Below, piece after piece: positions 1 to 9,852 of a stretch of DNA of 39,765 nt; within the stretch, counting starts at the first letter, position 1; each line of letters opens with the position of its first letter. Position numbers and translations under genes: made by a program. The DNA lies in contig JBGSUI010000042.1 in assembly GCA_041736175.1 (NCBI GenBank), positions 1 through 39,765 of the forward strand, written 5' to 3'. The notes beneath the pieces were generated by a model. That model made no database searches and had not been told where the DNA came from. It was given only the letters and a program-made list of their open reading frames with translations. The stretch comes from Oligoflexales bacterium (GTDB taxonomy: Bacteria; Bdellovibrionota_B; Oligoflexia; Oligoflexales; CAIYRB01).

Positions 1-233
1 TCTGGGGGTCAAAACAGTTTAAAATGCTTTCTGGACTCCGCGGGAATATCCCCTACTATCCGAAAGATGGGGAGACTGATTTTAGGTCCAAATCCTAGGA
101 TAGGATTTAGGCTCGTACCCCCCCTATTTGGACACCCCAGGAGAGATGCATCGCAGCCAATCTGAAGATATGCTAGTCTATCAACCGGTGAATACGCTTA
201 GAGACTCTGATGATAGAATGGGGTGGCACTTTC

Positions 234-1595
234 ATGTCAACTTGCGTCGGCCTTGTTGAGCTTGCCAAGAGAGAGAGTGAGCAAATAGAGTGGAAAGAGC
301 TTGTTGCGGATATCGATGACGTTGTCGCCACGCTTTCTGCCTTCGCTAATGATCTAAACAATTTGGGTGGTGGATATGTGGTCTGCGGTGCTAAAGAAGC
401 AAAGGATGAGCACGGATTTCCACGGCTAATTTGCACTGGACTTTCAGCCAATCGATTAAAAGAAATCGAAGGAACGGTTCTCACGCGCTGTAGGGAGCGG
501 GTTTCTCCGCCGATCACTCCCCTGGTAGAAGAAATAGAAACCGATGATCCCCAGCGCAGGGTACTTGTGTTTGTTCAACCCGCAACAGGTACTTCGCATT
601 CGTTTCGGAAAAATGATACGGGCTCAAAGCACTATGTACGGGTTAGTCGCTCTACTATTGAAGCGCGTAATGGCGTACTCAAGGATCTGCTAGTGCGAAA
701 AGGCTTATTGGAACCATGGGATCGACGACCATGCCCAGCAGCAACCATCAACGATCTCGATCTCCTTGCGCTGCGTGATGCTCTTCAGCGTATGGGGATG
801 TTTTCGCTGGAACGAGGCGTTGAACCATATCTTGTCGCCAATATCCAAATCTCGCCTTTTGTGCCTTCGCTGTGCATTGCCGAGCCACTCACTGGGATAA
901 TCCGTCCACGCAATTTTTCCCTTCTTTTGTTTGGCAGAGAGCCTCAGCGTTTCATTCCTGGGGCATTTTCCATCTTTTCGAGCTATCCAGGTATTGATCG
1001 CACGGCACCTACGGCCTATAGAATTGAAATATCGGGTACTCTGCTTGATCAGGCCAAACGTTTGCAGGATCTGCTTGATGCCGAAGCGGTAACGCGCTTT
1101 GACAAAACCAATTTAATTGCGCCAAACATTGAGAAATACCCGCGCCGTGCGCTGATTGAGGCTATGGTAAACGCACTGGCACATCGCGACTATGAACTCG
1201 TCGATCCAGGACGATTCATCTCTTATGCTGACCGCATTGAATTTATCTCTCCCGGTTCTCTTCCCATCGGCGTGACTCTCGCAGCTCTGCGCAAAGGAAC
1301 CGTCACCCCGCGATGGCGAAACCAGGCACTGGCATGGTTTTTATCGAAGTTGCAGCTGGCCCAGGCCGAAGGTCAGGGTATTCAGACCATCCGCAGTACA
1401 ATGCATGCTATCGGTTGTCCGCCACCGATATTCACTGCTTCGGTAATCGCAGTGAGTTGTACCTTACGCGCTCATCCAAGATTTCATTCAAGCCAAGTTT
1501 TATCCGTCAAGAGCGGCCCGAAAGCACTAAAGAGCAAGATCACGAAAAAGGCGAAATCGGCTCGCTCACACCATACCAGAAAAAATAATGTGTAA
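234..1595 (+). CDS. AlbA_2 (Schlafen-like) domain + HATPase_c_4 (RecG C-terminal-like) protein
   Basis: N-terminal ESEQIEWKE...SAFAN..GG.V..G motif (AlbA_2); later YP..AL.EA.VNALAHRDY, I.FISPG.LP, RN..LA, AEGQGI motifs (HATPase_c_4). ATG at 234 preferred over 210; ends in a basic tail with no obvious wHTH. Confidence 0.85.
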   Translation: MSTCVGLVELAKRESEQIEWKELVADIDDVVATLSAFANDLNNLGGGYVVCGAKEAKDEHGFPRLICTGLSANRLKEIEGTVLTRCRERVSPPITPLVEEIETDDPQRRVLVFVQPATGTSHSFRKNDTGSKHYVRVSRSTIEARNGVLKDLLVRKGLLEPWDRRPCPAATINDLDLLALRDALQRMGMFSLERGVEPYLVANIQISPFVPSLCIAEPLTGIIRPRNFSLLLFGREPQRFIPGAFSIFSSYPGIDRTAPTAYRIEISGTLLDQAKRLQDLLDAEAVTRFDKTNLIAPNIEKYPRRALIEAMVNALAHRDYELVDPGRFISYADRIEFISPGSLPIGVTLAALRKGTVTPRWRNQALAWFLSKLQLAQAEGQGIQTIRSTMHAIGCPPPIFTASVIAVSCTLRAHPRFHSSQVLSVKSGPKALKSKITKKAKSARSHHTRKNNV

Positions 1596-1683
1596 ACACA
1601 ACGCCGACGGCCAGATTCGAGGACTTTGACGACGACCCACAAGGGGGCCATATAAAGCTGACAAGTCGAGAAGAAATGAGTTT

Positions 1684-3300
1684 TTAAGATTTATTGAGGG
1701 GCACCGACTTCAAGGTGCCCTGCAACAAGATCCATGGTTGGCGGCGGTGGCCGGGGACTGACAGCGGCTTTTCTTCGATCACGTCCACCCATTCTAAAAT
1801 CTTGCGACGATCGAGGCTTTTACCATGGGCCACCACCCAGACAGGACAGCCTACAGGCCAATCCTTAGAATCACGGTCCCCATAGTACGAATCGTGATGA
1901 GGATCCAACGAATAAACGTTTGGTTGGCCCTTAAGGTGATACCGAAGCTGGGCCACACCGTACCACCGCACGGCTGCCCAAAGGGGCTCGCGGGGACAGG
2001 TGAGCAGGGTAGCCTCACTAGGTTGATCTGATAGACTTTCTAAAGATTCGCTTCTGAGCTGCTGAACCGTACTCGCAAGAGGCTCCCATACCGTGATCTC
2101 GGAGAGAGCTCCGGGGTCATCGTTTAACGTGCCTAGTATTTTATGTTGGACCCAAGGGTTTGAAAAAGCCAGCAACAGACTCAATACCAGAGCTGGCCAA
2201 GTCCATTTAAAATAGTTTAGTAGCTTTGAATCTGCCTGGGGAGTCACCACACTGTGATAAGCCACGAGTGGTGTCAGCAAAATCCAACCTGGAATCAGCC
2301 AATGGGGCATCATTTCTTTAAAGAACGAAGCCCCTAAAACCACCGCCATCAGCGGCAGAGCCGCCCCCAGGGGTGCCAACAGTGGGTGCCGGTTCGGTAT
2401 CCTTCTAACCCATTTAAGCACGCTAAAACACGAGACGATATACCAGAGACCAAGGATCACAAGTTGTGCCATGACCAGCCGCAGACCCGTCCCGATGCGA
2501 AACTGAGGCCCACCAAATCCATGGTCCAATTGAAACAGGATCGAGGCCCCCCCATGGCTATAGTTCCAAATCCAGACTGGCAAACACACCATAAAGCCGG
2601 TGATCGCCACCATGATCCAAAAGCCCCACTCACGACGAGAGCGGATCACCAACAAAAAAGCCCCCATCCCTCCACACAGGAGCAGAGCATGGTACTTAAA
2701 TAACCCGCACCCTCCAAACACGGTCCCATAAAGAATTCCATGAAGGGCGGTGAGATTTTGTTTATTCAGAAACAAAACCGTCACATAGAGGGCCATCGCA
2801 CTCGTCGCCATCAGCCCGATATCTGGGAGGGCGAGACAGCCCAAAAGGCTTATTCCTGGCACCAGAATCAGAATCCAAGAGAGGTTTTTAGTCGCTTTAT
2901 AAACTGAGGAGGAAGAGGAGGAAAAGGACGCTGATAAAGAAGGCTTGATAAAAAAGAGAAGCAGAGTCTTGATCAGAAAAAAGCTTCCCACAGCAAAAAC
3001 CCAAGGGGCAAAAAACCGCGCCTCCCAGGGCCTAAGATCAAGATCGATAAACGGGCTACACCAACGCACCAAACGAGTCCCAAGATAGGTTAGATATGAA
3101 ACTCCTGGGGGATGATCATAATAGCTGAGACGAGGGTCCTGGCCCCAATCCCAATAATAAGCCTCGTCGTTGGTGATGGGTAAGATCAGCGCTAAGATAA
3201 GTCGTACTAAAACCCCCAGGGCTAACATCAAATAAATGGTCCTAGCCTCTTTGGGCTGAAGGGGCTCAAGGCTGAAAAGTCGTCTCCATGCTAAGCCCAT
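1684..3300 (-). CDS. ArnT/PMT_2-like (GT-C fold) membrane glycosyltransferase
   Basis: LPITNDEAYYWDWG...LSYYDHPP signature, multiple TM segments, KY motif, VWIWN....FQL.HG, PHW. Confidence 0.85.
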   Translation of the reverse strand: MGLAWRRLFSLEPLQPKEARTIYLMLALGVLVRLILALILPITNDEAYYWDWGQDPRLSYYDHPPGVSYLTYLGTRLVRWCSPFIDLDLRPWEARFFAPWVFAVGSFFLIKTLLLFFIKPSLSASFSSSSSSVYKATKNLSWILILVPGISLLGCLALPDIGLMATSAMALYVTVLFLNKQNLTALHGILYGTVFGGCGLFKYHALLLCGGMGAFLLVIRSRREWGFWIMVAITGFMVCLPVWIWNYSHGGASILFQLDHGFGGPQFRIGTGLRLVMAQLVILGLWYIVSCFSVLKWVRRIPNRHPLLAPLGAALPLMAVVLGASFFKEMMPHWLIPGWILLTPLVAYHSVVTPQADSKLLNYFKWTWPALVLSLLLAFSNPWVQHKILGTLNDDPGALSEITVWEPLASTVQQLRSESLESLSDQPSEATLLTCPREPLWAAVRWYGVAQLRYHLKGQPNVYSLDPHHDSYYGDRDSKDWPVGCPVWVVAHGKSLDRRKILEWVDVIEEKPLSVPGHRRQPWILLQGTLKSVPLNKS

Positions 3301-4016
3301 GGAGTCTCCTTACGCCACAAGATCATGACGATCCAGCCTCCTAACAAAATCGATGCCAGAGTATCGGTCAGCCAATGATCTCCATGGATGACACGGGCAA
3401 GTCCCATTGCGCCAGCAAACACCAGTACCAGGCCCGCAAACACATAATACACACATTTATTCTGCCGGTTTTTAGATGACATCCACCTAAACCAGGCCAT
3501 GTTCATCGCCCAAAGACTTGCCGCTGTCGCTGTATGACCACTGGGAAAACTCTTCCCTTGGGACGCCTCCCCACAAGTGGGACCTAGCTGGAACCAATCC
3601 CTAAAGCCACAAGCCCCTCGTAAGACATCCTTTGGGCGCGGTCGATCAAGTCCCCATTTAAGAGCATGGGTGGCGCCAGCAATGCACACTCCCGTCACCA
3701 ACACTCTTCCAAGGAGGCGACGTACTCTCCTTGTCTTTAGGTCCTCCCCCTGTGCGCCCTTGATAACGAGCTTAATGACAAGACCGGTATACCAAAACAA
3801 GACGATGCCATAGAGGAAGAGTGGTAAATCACTGGCGCCGAGCTCATCTCCCTCAAAGAGGCTTTGGTCCATCCATACAACCCATGGTTCGCGGTGTAAC
3901 ATGCTGAGTTCCTGGGTCCACAGAAAATCACCGATAGAAGCCGCCCATAGGCTAAGTAGCGAGATCCCAAACCAGCCTGCAATGATAAACCATGAAGTAT
4001 CAGTTTTTTTGTTAAT
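3291..4016 (-). CDS. PAP2-family membrane phosphatase (lipid A or undecaprenyl-PP phosphatase-like)
   Basis: K-x6-RP (KWGLDRPRP), SFPSGH and R-x5-H-x3-D (ARVIHGDHWLTD) motifs. ORF track starts at 3902, but the frame is open upstream and encodes a TM helix; ATT at 4016 proposed as start (start uncertain). Confidence 0.85.
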   Translation of the reverse strand: MNKKTDTSWFIIAGWFGISLLSLWAASIGDFLWTQELSMLHREPWVVWMDQSLFEGDELGASDLPLFLYGIVLFWYTGLVIKLVIKGAQGEDLKTRRVRRLLGRVLVTGVCIAGATHALKWGLDRPRPKDVLRGACGFRDWFQLGPTCGEASQGKSFPSGHTATAASLWAMNMAWFRWMSSKNRQNKCVYYVFAGLVLVFAGAMGLARVIHGDHWLTDTLASILLGGWIVMILWRKETPWA

Positions 4017-5160
4017 GTTGTTTTCCCGCTCTTTTAAGGGGCAAAAACCTCGGAATCATATACTCACCTATGACCGCATCATGATCTGAGAGATTGATCT
4101 TTTCTATGGAGACCTTCTCGGTTTCAATCTCCGGGCTCGCAAAGATATAGTCGAGGCGTATCATGGGCATATTTTTCTTTTTTTGAAATCTAAAAATCTT
4201 ACTCCTAAAAGTATAGTCCCCATACCAATGGTGGTCCATATAGGTGTCTCGGCCCACCTCTCTCACCTGTCCAATGGACCAGGAGGAGGGCGGAGCATTG
4301 AGGTCTCCGCCAAAAATGATAGCCCCCGTTCCTAGGCTGCGAATATAATCTACAAAAAACCGCACCTCACGCTTCTGGGTTTCCCAAAGATAAATCCCCC
4401 AGGGCACCGTATCGACGGGGGCCTCGCTTTTGGCCCGCCCCGCGATAAAACGAATCGAGATCACATCGACGGGCGCTCCGTCCACGTTTACGCGGACCCG
4501 CATAAAACTGCGGTGTCGGTTGAGAATCTGTTCTTCAAGCAGGTTTGCCCCGACGAGATTGGTCTGCCTAGAAGGTAAAAAGACCTCTTCCGCTTCCAGC
4601 ACGGGAAGCTTGGTCAAAATCGCCGTATCACCAAAGTCTCCCGTGTAGACCCTATAGGGTTTTACCATCGCTTCATAAAGCTTTTTTTGTTTGCTTCCTA
4701 AGCCATCCAGAATATGTTCCGAGAGCAAGACCACATCCGGATTTTGATTTTTGATCGCAGCGATGACTTTTTCGACGCCAAAATCGTAGTACTGGACATT
4801 CCAAGCCATCACCTTAAGGGTAGGAAAAACAAGGGGCACCGGCCTAGCCCTCTGCCGAGAGGGGACGTTGTAGTCCTCATAGAGCACGATATTCACAAGC
4901 GGAATCACCACCAGCCAGCCTTGGATGCGGTGATACCCCAAGCTTCGGGCCGTCACAAACCCAATCAGAGCAAATGGCACGGTCCATAGGGGCTGGATAA
5001 AGGTAAACATCGTCAGACTGTGCCCATCTGGGACCACCCCCGAGTGGGCCAACAGCACACAGAGGGTTAGCCCTCCCGTTGCTAAAAGGAGCACCATCAA
5101 AATCACACGGAGAATCCCTTGTCCGATTTTTTTTGCTATGCCGATACGCCACCTCCGCAA
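4012..5160 (-). CDS. Membrane-anchored endonuclease/exonuclease/phosphatase (EEP) family protein
   Basis: Three N-terminal TM segments, then KVMAWNV, PDVVLLSE, GGDLNA, RLDYIF, SDH motifs. Confidence 0.88.
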   Translation of the reverse strand: MRRWRIGIAKKIGQGILRVILMVLLLATGGLTLCVLLAHSGVVPDGHSLTMFTFIQPLWTVPFALIGFVTARSLGYHRIQGWLVVIPLVNIVLYEDYNVPSRQRARPVPLVFPTLKVMAWNVQYYDFGVEKVIAAIKNQNPDVVLLSEHILDGLGSKQKKLYEAMVKPYRVYTGDFGDTAILTKLPVLEAEEVFLPSRQTNLVGANLLEEQILNRHRSFMRVRVNVDGAPVDVISIRFIAGRAKSEAPVDTVPWGIYLWETQKREVRFFVDYIRSLGTGAIIFGGDLNAPPSSWSIGQVREVGRDTYMDHHWYGDYTFRSKIFRFQKKKNMPMIRLDYIFASPEIETEKVSIEKINLSDHDAVIGEYMIPRFLPLKRAGKQH

Positions 5161-5335
5161 CCAATCCTTCGAGTCACAAGGTTAGCGTTGCCACTCTCGG
5201 GTTGTCTACCATAACTCAGAAATGAGACTCTTAAAACATCGCTTTTTAATATTTAATCAAATCCAAGATGATTAAAAATATTAAATATATTTATAAATAT
5301 GACGATTCACTCTTTGTATAAATATTAATCTTGTT

Positions 5336-6085
5336 TTGGAGACCTCCATGAAACCCCAAACAGATCCCGGTGATCCCCACGAGCTTTTGCACTTTATGAC
5401 CAAAGCCTTCGGCATCGCACTTGTCGCTTGCCTTGCCATCTGCCTATACGATCTCAAGACGATTGATAGCCAACTCGACAGCCTTTCCTCTCTTGCCGCA
5501 AACCTAGAGGACGGCCCCGGTACCGAGCCGTCTCCGGATCCTGAGCCCACAAACCCCACGCCAGACTCACCTTCCACTTCAGTAGCAACACCACCCCACC
5601 TTGGGGACTGCCTTTATCCCCGTATTGATCAGCCCCCTTTGCCTACTCACAATAAAGTTACAAATCTTTGTATCCAACACATCAGGTTAGAACGCTCTCC
5701 AGACTCACCAGATGGCTCTAAGAGATCTACGGCAAAGCTATCCTTTTCTATCCGCAATCTCGCCAAGGGCCAAAAAATCTCGGGATATGTCGCGGTGGTA
5801 TTGAGGTTGGTCGATGCCAACCAGAAAACCATCTCAACACTAAGCTTTCCCAGCAACTTTATCCCTTTCTCCCATCCTCAAGAGGGACCGGAGGAGCGAC
5901 TGGTTTTTCAGGCTCTCAACTACAGTCCTAAATCCCTCACCTTTGCCATCCAGCCCGGGCTTGAGGGGCACAAAGTCCAAGCAGATTTCTTTATTCAACT
6001 CGTCAACGATCCCGCTCTTTTGGTATTCAACGTTGATAAGATCCCGATAAATACAGCCCAGTATCACGGAGATCCGATCAACTGA
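5336..6085 (+). CDS. Hypothetical membrane-anchored protein (TM, Pro-rich linker, beta-rich C-terminal domain)
   Basis: 249-aa ORF with one N-terminal hydrophobic helix and a PEPSPDPEP linker; C-terminus resembles that of 13089..13913. True start may be ATG 5348 or later. Confidence 0.7.
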   Translation: METSMKPQTDPGDPHELLHFMTKAFGIALVACLAICLYDLKTIDSQLDSLSSLAANLEDGPGTEPSPDPEPTNPTPDSPSTSVATPPHLGDCLYPRIDQPPLPTHNKVTNLCIQHIRLERSPDSPDGSKRSTAKLSFSIRNLAKGQKISGYVAVVLRLVDANQKTISTLSFPSNFIPFSHPQEGPEERLVFQALNYSPKSLTFAIQPGLEGHKVQADFFIQLVNDPALLVFNVDKIPINTAQYHGDPIN

Positions 6086-6099
6086 TTTATGCCGTAAGC

Positions 6100-6126
6100 T
6101 ACAGCCCATGAAAAATCTGCCGATGA
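6100..6126 (+). promoter_or_regulatory. Sigma28 (FliA)-like promoter
   Basis: TACA-N15-GCCGATGA vs consensus TAAA-N15-GCCGATAA, 75 nt upstream of the ATG at 6201. Confidence 0.55.
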
Positions 6127-6200
6127 TATCTCCAGCGACGTTGGTTCACACCTATTTAGTAACACGGTACCATTTATGGTTCGTCTAAAGGAGACTCGAC

Positions 6201-6575
6201 ATGGATGTCACGCGTAACAGCCTTATTAAAGGCCTCCTGGTGCTTACAGCTATTTCTTTTCCGGTTGGGCTGATCGTGTTTAATACCCAGGACTCGATCC
6301 AAAACCTTAAATCAACTTTTGGGCTCACAAAAAAAGTAGATCTTTCGGCTGCTCTTGCCGCTAAAGAACAAGAGCTCAAAGAGATTGACCTCAGAATCCT
6401 CCAGGCGCGCGGTGAGTTTCTAAAATATGCCGAAATGCGCAACTCCCAAGTCAGCGACCTCGAAACTATCAAAACCCACTTAGATAGGATTATCACAACA
6501 CCAATACCTATGGACCCTCCCGGGAAACAAAGCTCAAATACTTCGAAAAAGAGGCTTAAAATAAAATTTCAGTAA
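6201..6575 (+). CDS. Hypothetical small protein with N-terminal TM and coiled coil
   Basis: AAGGAG RBS before ATG; TM then heptad-like LAAKEQELKEIDLRIL. Confidence 0.7.
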   Translation: MDVTRNSLIKGLLVLTAISFPVGLIVFNTQDSIQNLKSTFGLTKKVDLSAALAAKEQELKEIDLRILQARGEFLKYAEMRNSQVSDLETIKTHLDRIITTPIPMDPPGKQSSNTSKKRLKIKFQ

Positions 6576-6588
6576 TATAGAAATTTAT

Positions 6589-8202
6589 TTACTCCATATC
6601 GTGTTGAACCCCTAAGAGAAGACTGGAAACTCCCAGGTGAACCGTGCCTTGGGAGGTTGGATATCTCACCTGATGGACTGCACTTGTGACGATAAACGCC
6701 GTAGCAGCAGTCCACCTATAGCCAAAAGAGACCCACGGGTTGTAATCGATTAAAAGGGGGCTGGAACCAACTTTAAGGGGCGTCACGCTGACCAGAAGTT
6801 GGCTAAAGGTTCGAGACCATTTCATGCGAACTCCAAGTTTAACTGCCGGACCTAGGACGGACTCGGGGATGACGATAGGAATATCCGTCAGATCCTCCTG
6901 AGGCGTGACTTTGGCCTCAAAAAGCCTTACTCCTAGACCCACGGGAAACGATAGTTGCGGCAGAGGGGACTCAAAGTTTCGGCTGATAAAACCCTGGGCC
7001 AGTAAGGTCCACGGGATTCGTGACCTAGGTTTGGTGCTAAGGTGACCCTCGAAAGTTGCAAAAAACTCGCCAAACATAGGCTGGGTCGTGATCTGGCCTG
7101 CCGCTGTCTGTCGATCCCTTAGGTCTTCGGAGGGGACTGGATCTAGCAGTGTGTATCCTAGACCGAGTTCTAAATAGATTGGAATCGATATTTTTTTAAA
7201 CCGCCATAATTCATCGTCCGTATCGATTTTCTTAAGTTTAACAGAATCAGTCGCTGCTCCTTCTTGCAACACCACTGCAGTAAAATCCTTATGCTCCAAA
7301 GAAATGGGTTCTTGGGGTCTTAAAAAATAAGGGGGAACGTTGATCACTACGAGCTTTTTATCTCCCACCCTAAACTCCACATCACAGTCCTGGCGAGGGT
7401 CGACGTCCGTTACAAACCAACCTTCGGCATCGGTCTTTAACGGTCGGCCATTGAGCAGCAGTTGTGGCGTAGAGTCTGCTTGAATTTGAGGGCCACTCTC
7501 TTGGGGTATAGGTGCCTCTTTTTGCGATGAAATCTCTACCAACTCACTCGCCAAGTGGGACGACTCCTTGAAAACCTGTTGGGATCGAAATTCGACCAGG
7601 ACCCTCAGTTCCGCTAGTTTCTGTGATCCTTGATCCCCCTTGGGTGCCGCTTTTAAACGGACATCTAAACTTAAATGACGGAGTGAAGCGCGCACTTTTT
7701 CTCCACAGGAGTCGTGATCTTTCCGGCTATCGATGGTTATTTTATGGATTTGATCGCTAAGGGATTCGACCAGAAAAATAAAATCTCGGAGCTTAACCCC
7801 TTGCACACACCGCTCTAGATCCTCACTCCCAAAAGAGGCGGCTAAGTGTGCCGGATGGGGTGGGGAGGGTGGTGACGCGCTTCGGGGCGGAGGGGGTGGT
7901 ATACCGCTCACTGGTTTTAAGGCCTGGAGGTCTGTAGTGCTCTTGGTTTGGGCCTTTTCTCCTTGTAAAGCCTTAATGTTCTCTGGAGTAAACACGTGTT
8001 CTTTAAGGTTGACCAAGATTTTGTCACGGGTCACTCGCCCCCACACAATGGACCTAACTCCAGCATTTCCACTGGCTTTTAGACCCTTCATGGAAAGCTC
8101 CACAAACCATTGGTCTGAGTTTTTTTCTCCATAGGCAAGGGAGCCCCAGCACAGGGCCCCTAACAACGCGAGAGTCCAGGAAAAATAGAGCATCATGGGC
8201 AA
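6589..8202 (-). CDS. Hypothetical secreted protein, probable C-terminal outer-membrane beta-barrel
   Basis: Signal peptide (…SLAYG), poly-Pro linker; last ~200 aa show alternating amphipathic strands (YLELGLGY, VKLGVRMKW, WVSFGYRW, LLLGVQHD). Divergent from the mot operon. Confidence 0.65.
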   Translation of the reverse strand: MPMMLYFSWTLALLGALCWGSLAYGEKNSDQWFVELSMKGLKASGNAGVRSIVWGRVTRDKILVNLKEHVFTPENIKALQGEKAQTKSTTDLQALKPVSGIPPPPPRSASPPSPPHPAHLAASFGSEDLERCVQGVKLRDFIFLVESLSDQIHKITIDSRKDHDSCGEKVRASLRHLSLDVRLKAAPKGDQGSQKLAELRVLVEFRSQQVFKESSHLASELVEISSQKEAPIPQESGPQIQADSTPQLLLNGRPLKTDAEGWFVTDVDPRQDCDVEFRVGDKKLVVINVPPYFLRPQEPISLEHKDFTAVVLQEGAATDSVKLKKIDTDDELWRFKKISIPIYLELGLGYTLLDPVPSEDLRDRQTAAGQITTQPMFGEFFATFEGHLSTKPRSRIPWTLLAQGFISRNFESPLPQLSFPVGLGVRLFEAKVTPQEDLTDIPIVIPESVLGPAVKLGVRMKWSRTFSQLLVSVTPLKVGSSPLLIDYNPWVSFGYRWTAATAFIVTSAVHQVRYPTSQGTVHLGVSSLLLGVQHDME

Positions 8203-8344
8203 TCATCCAGAGTCATCGCTCAAGCCGTAAATTCTCAAAGTCAAATTAAGTGATTCAAGGGGTTATGTTACAGCGAAATAATCCGAGAAGGAATGGGGAG
8301 ATCAATCTCCCAGGGGGACCATCCCACTATCATGGAGAGACCTG

Positions 8345-8986
8345 GTGCTCGATCGATTCAACTCAAAGGTAAATCTAAAATTCCTAGTTCACTTAGGAAC
8401 CTCGATTTTTGTCGTAGTCGGTTTGTGGTCCTGTGCCACCCGCTACCGGTTTATCTCCCAACCCGAAGGGGCCACGGTCTACCATCGCCAGGGTAGCCAG
8501 GAAGCTCTCCTAGGCACCACTCCCTCTGACGTAGAAAAATCTGGACTCCCCGACTCCCAGCCTTTTTTTATCATCTACAAGAAACCAGGGTTTGCCCCGC
8601 TTGAAATCTTGATATCCCCCACAGATCAATCTCTAACCACAGTCTTTGGTCAGCTTAAAACCGATCCCCTCGTCGTCGAAGACCCCCTGCTCAAACGGTC
8701 TCGAAGGATCTTAAAGTTGGTCTTTAAAATCCAAGAACATGCCGTGCAAAATCAAATGACAGATGCTCTAGCTTTGATTAAACAACTTGAGGTTGAAGAA
8801 CCACACCTCGCCGAGACCTATATCCTCAAGGGCAGCCTCTACTGCGCGATCGACGACAAAACCCAATGTGCCGCTGCCTGGGAAAAGGCGATCGCCTTGG
8901 ATCCAGACCTAGATCCCCTTAAAATAAGGCTCAAACAAATCAACGACCAAATAGCACAGGACAAAGTCCCTAAGGAAACCAAATGA
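8345..8986 (+). CDS. Lipoprotein with PEGA-like N-domain and C-terminal TPR
   Basis: GGAGA RBS, GTG start, lipobox LWS-C; ISQPEGATVY...LLGTTP...KKPGF (PEGA-like); P..AE.Y.LKG.LY...A..AWEKAIALDP (TPR). Overlaps motA by ATGA. Confidence 0.75.
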   Translation: MLDRFNSKVNLKFLVHLGTSIFVVVGLWSCATRYRFISQPEGATVYHRQGSQEALLGTTPSDVEKSGLPDSQPFFIIYKKPGFAPLEILISPTDQSLTTVFGQLKTDPLVVEDPLLKRSRRILKLVFKIQEHAVQNQMTDALALIKQLEVEEPHLAETYILKGSLYCAIDDKTQCAAAWEKAIALDPDLDPLKIRLKQINDQIAQDKVPKETK

Positions 8987-9852
8987 AACGAGCCAATCTC
9001 ACCTTCGTTATGGGTGTCCTCGTCAGCATCAGTGTGATCACCTACGGACTTCTGGCAGAAGTCGGTGCTTTCTCATTGAAAGTCTTCATGCACCCCACTG
9101 CACTCGCCATAGTCGTCGGAGGTTCCCTCGGATGCGCCTTGATGAGCATGCCCGTTAAACTCCTTGGAAGGGTGATCGCCCGCACCTACTATGCTGTGAG
9201 GTATCCAAAGGATGATTTCCTGGTCACCATCCGCGCGGTGATGCAGGTCAGCATCGGACTCTCCAAAGACCCCTTTTATCTAGAAACTGCCCAGGGTCAG
9301 ATCCAAAACGTAATGCTCCAAGACGGACTTCAACTCATGAATATGGGGTTTAAGTCAGATGATATCCGCAGGTTTTTAGAAGTGCGGCGGGAGCAAAACG
9401 AACAAGGGCTAAACCAATGTGCCATCCTCTATTTTGGTCTGGCCAAGCTAGGTCCTGCACTTGGGTTGGTGGGAACCCTGATTGGACTCGTTATTCTCCT
9501 CTACTATCATATGGGTGCTGGCGACGTGCAAAAAATCGGTGGTTCAATGGGCGTTGCGCTCACAGCAACCCTCTACGGAGTCGGGCTAGCAAACTTGGTC
9601 TTTGGTCCCCTCTCAGAGCATATGACTTTGGTCGCAGAACAATCTTTTCTCCTAGACACCCTCGTGATCGAGGGGGTCATCTTTATCAAAGAAAAGCGCC
9701 AACCAGTTTATATGATCCAAGCCCTTAAATCCTATCTACCGCGGGAGGATTTCCAAGCCTTAGAAACCATCATGCAGGAAACTATGGAAGCAACTAAAGC
9801 CACGAAATCCACGGGCAGCGACCAAACCCAAACCCAGAAAAGAGCAGCATGA
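8983..9852 (+). CDS. motA: MotA-family stator A subunit
   Basis: Four TM; AIVVGGSLG, GLQL..MG, GPALGLVGTLIGL, MGVALTATLYG.GLANLVFGP, IEGV..I motifs of flagellar-type MotA/PomA. Confidence 0.92.
   Translation: MKRANLTFVMGVLVSISVITYGLLAEVGAFSLKVFMHPTALAIVVGGSLGCALMSMPVKLLGRVIARTYYAVRYPKDDFLVTIRAVMQVSIGLSKDPFYLETAQGQIQNVMLQDGLQLMNMGFKSDDIRRFLEVRREQNEQGLNQCAILYFGLAKLGPALGLVGTLIGLVILLYYHMGAGDVQKIGGSMGVALTATLYGVGLANLVFGPLSEHMTLVAEQSFLLDTLVIEGVIFIKEKRQPVYMIQALKSYLPREDFQALETIMQETMEATKATKSTGSDQTQTQKRAA

Noticed and set aside
5240..5335. Very AT-rich quasi-palindromic tract as origin or mobile-element end
   Set aside because: No DnaA boxes or terminal repeats recognised; consistent with a divergent promoter region.
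8263..8289. Sigma28 promoter for the mot operon (TTAT-N15-TCCGAGAA)
   Set aside because: Four mismatches to consensus; too weak to call.
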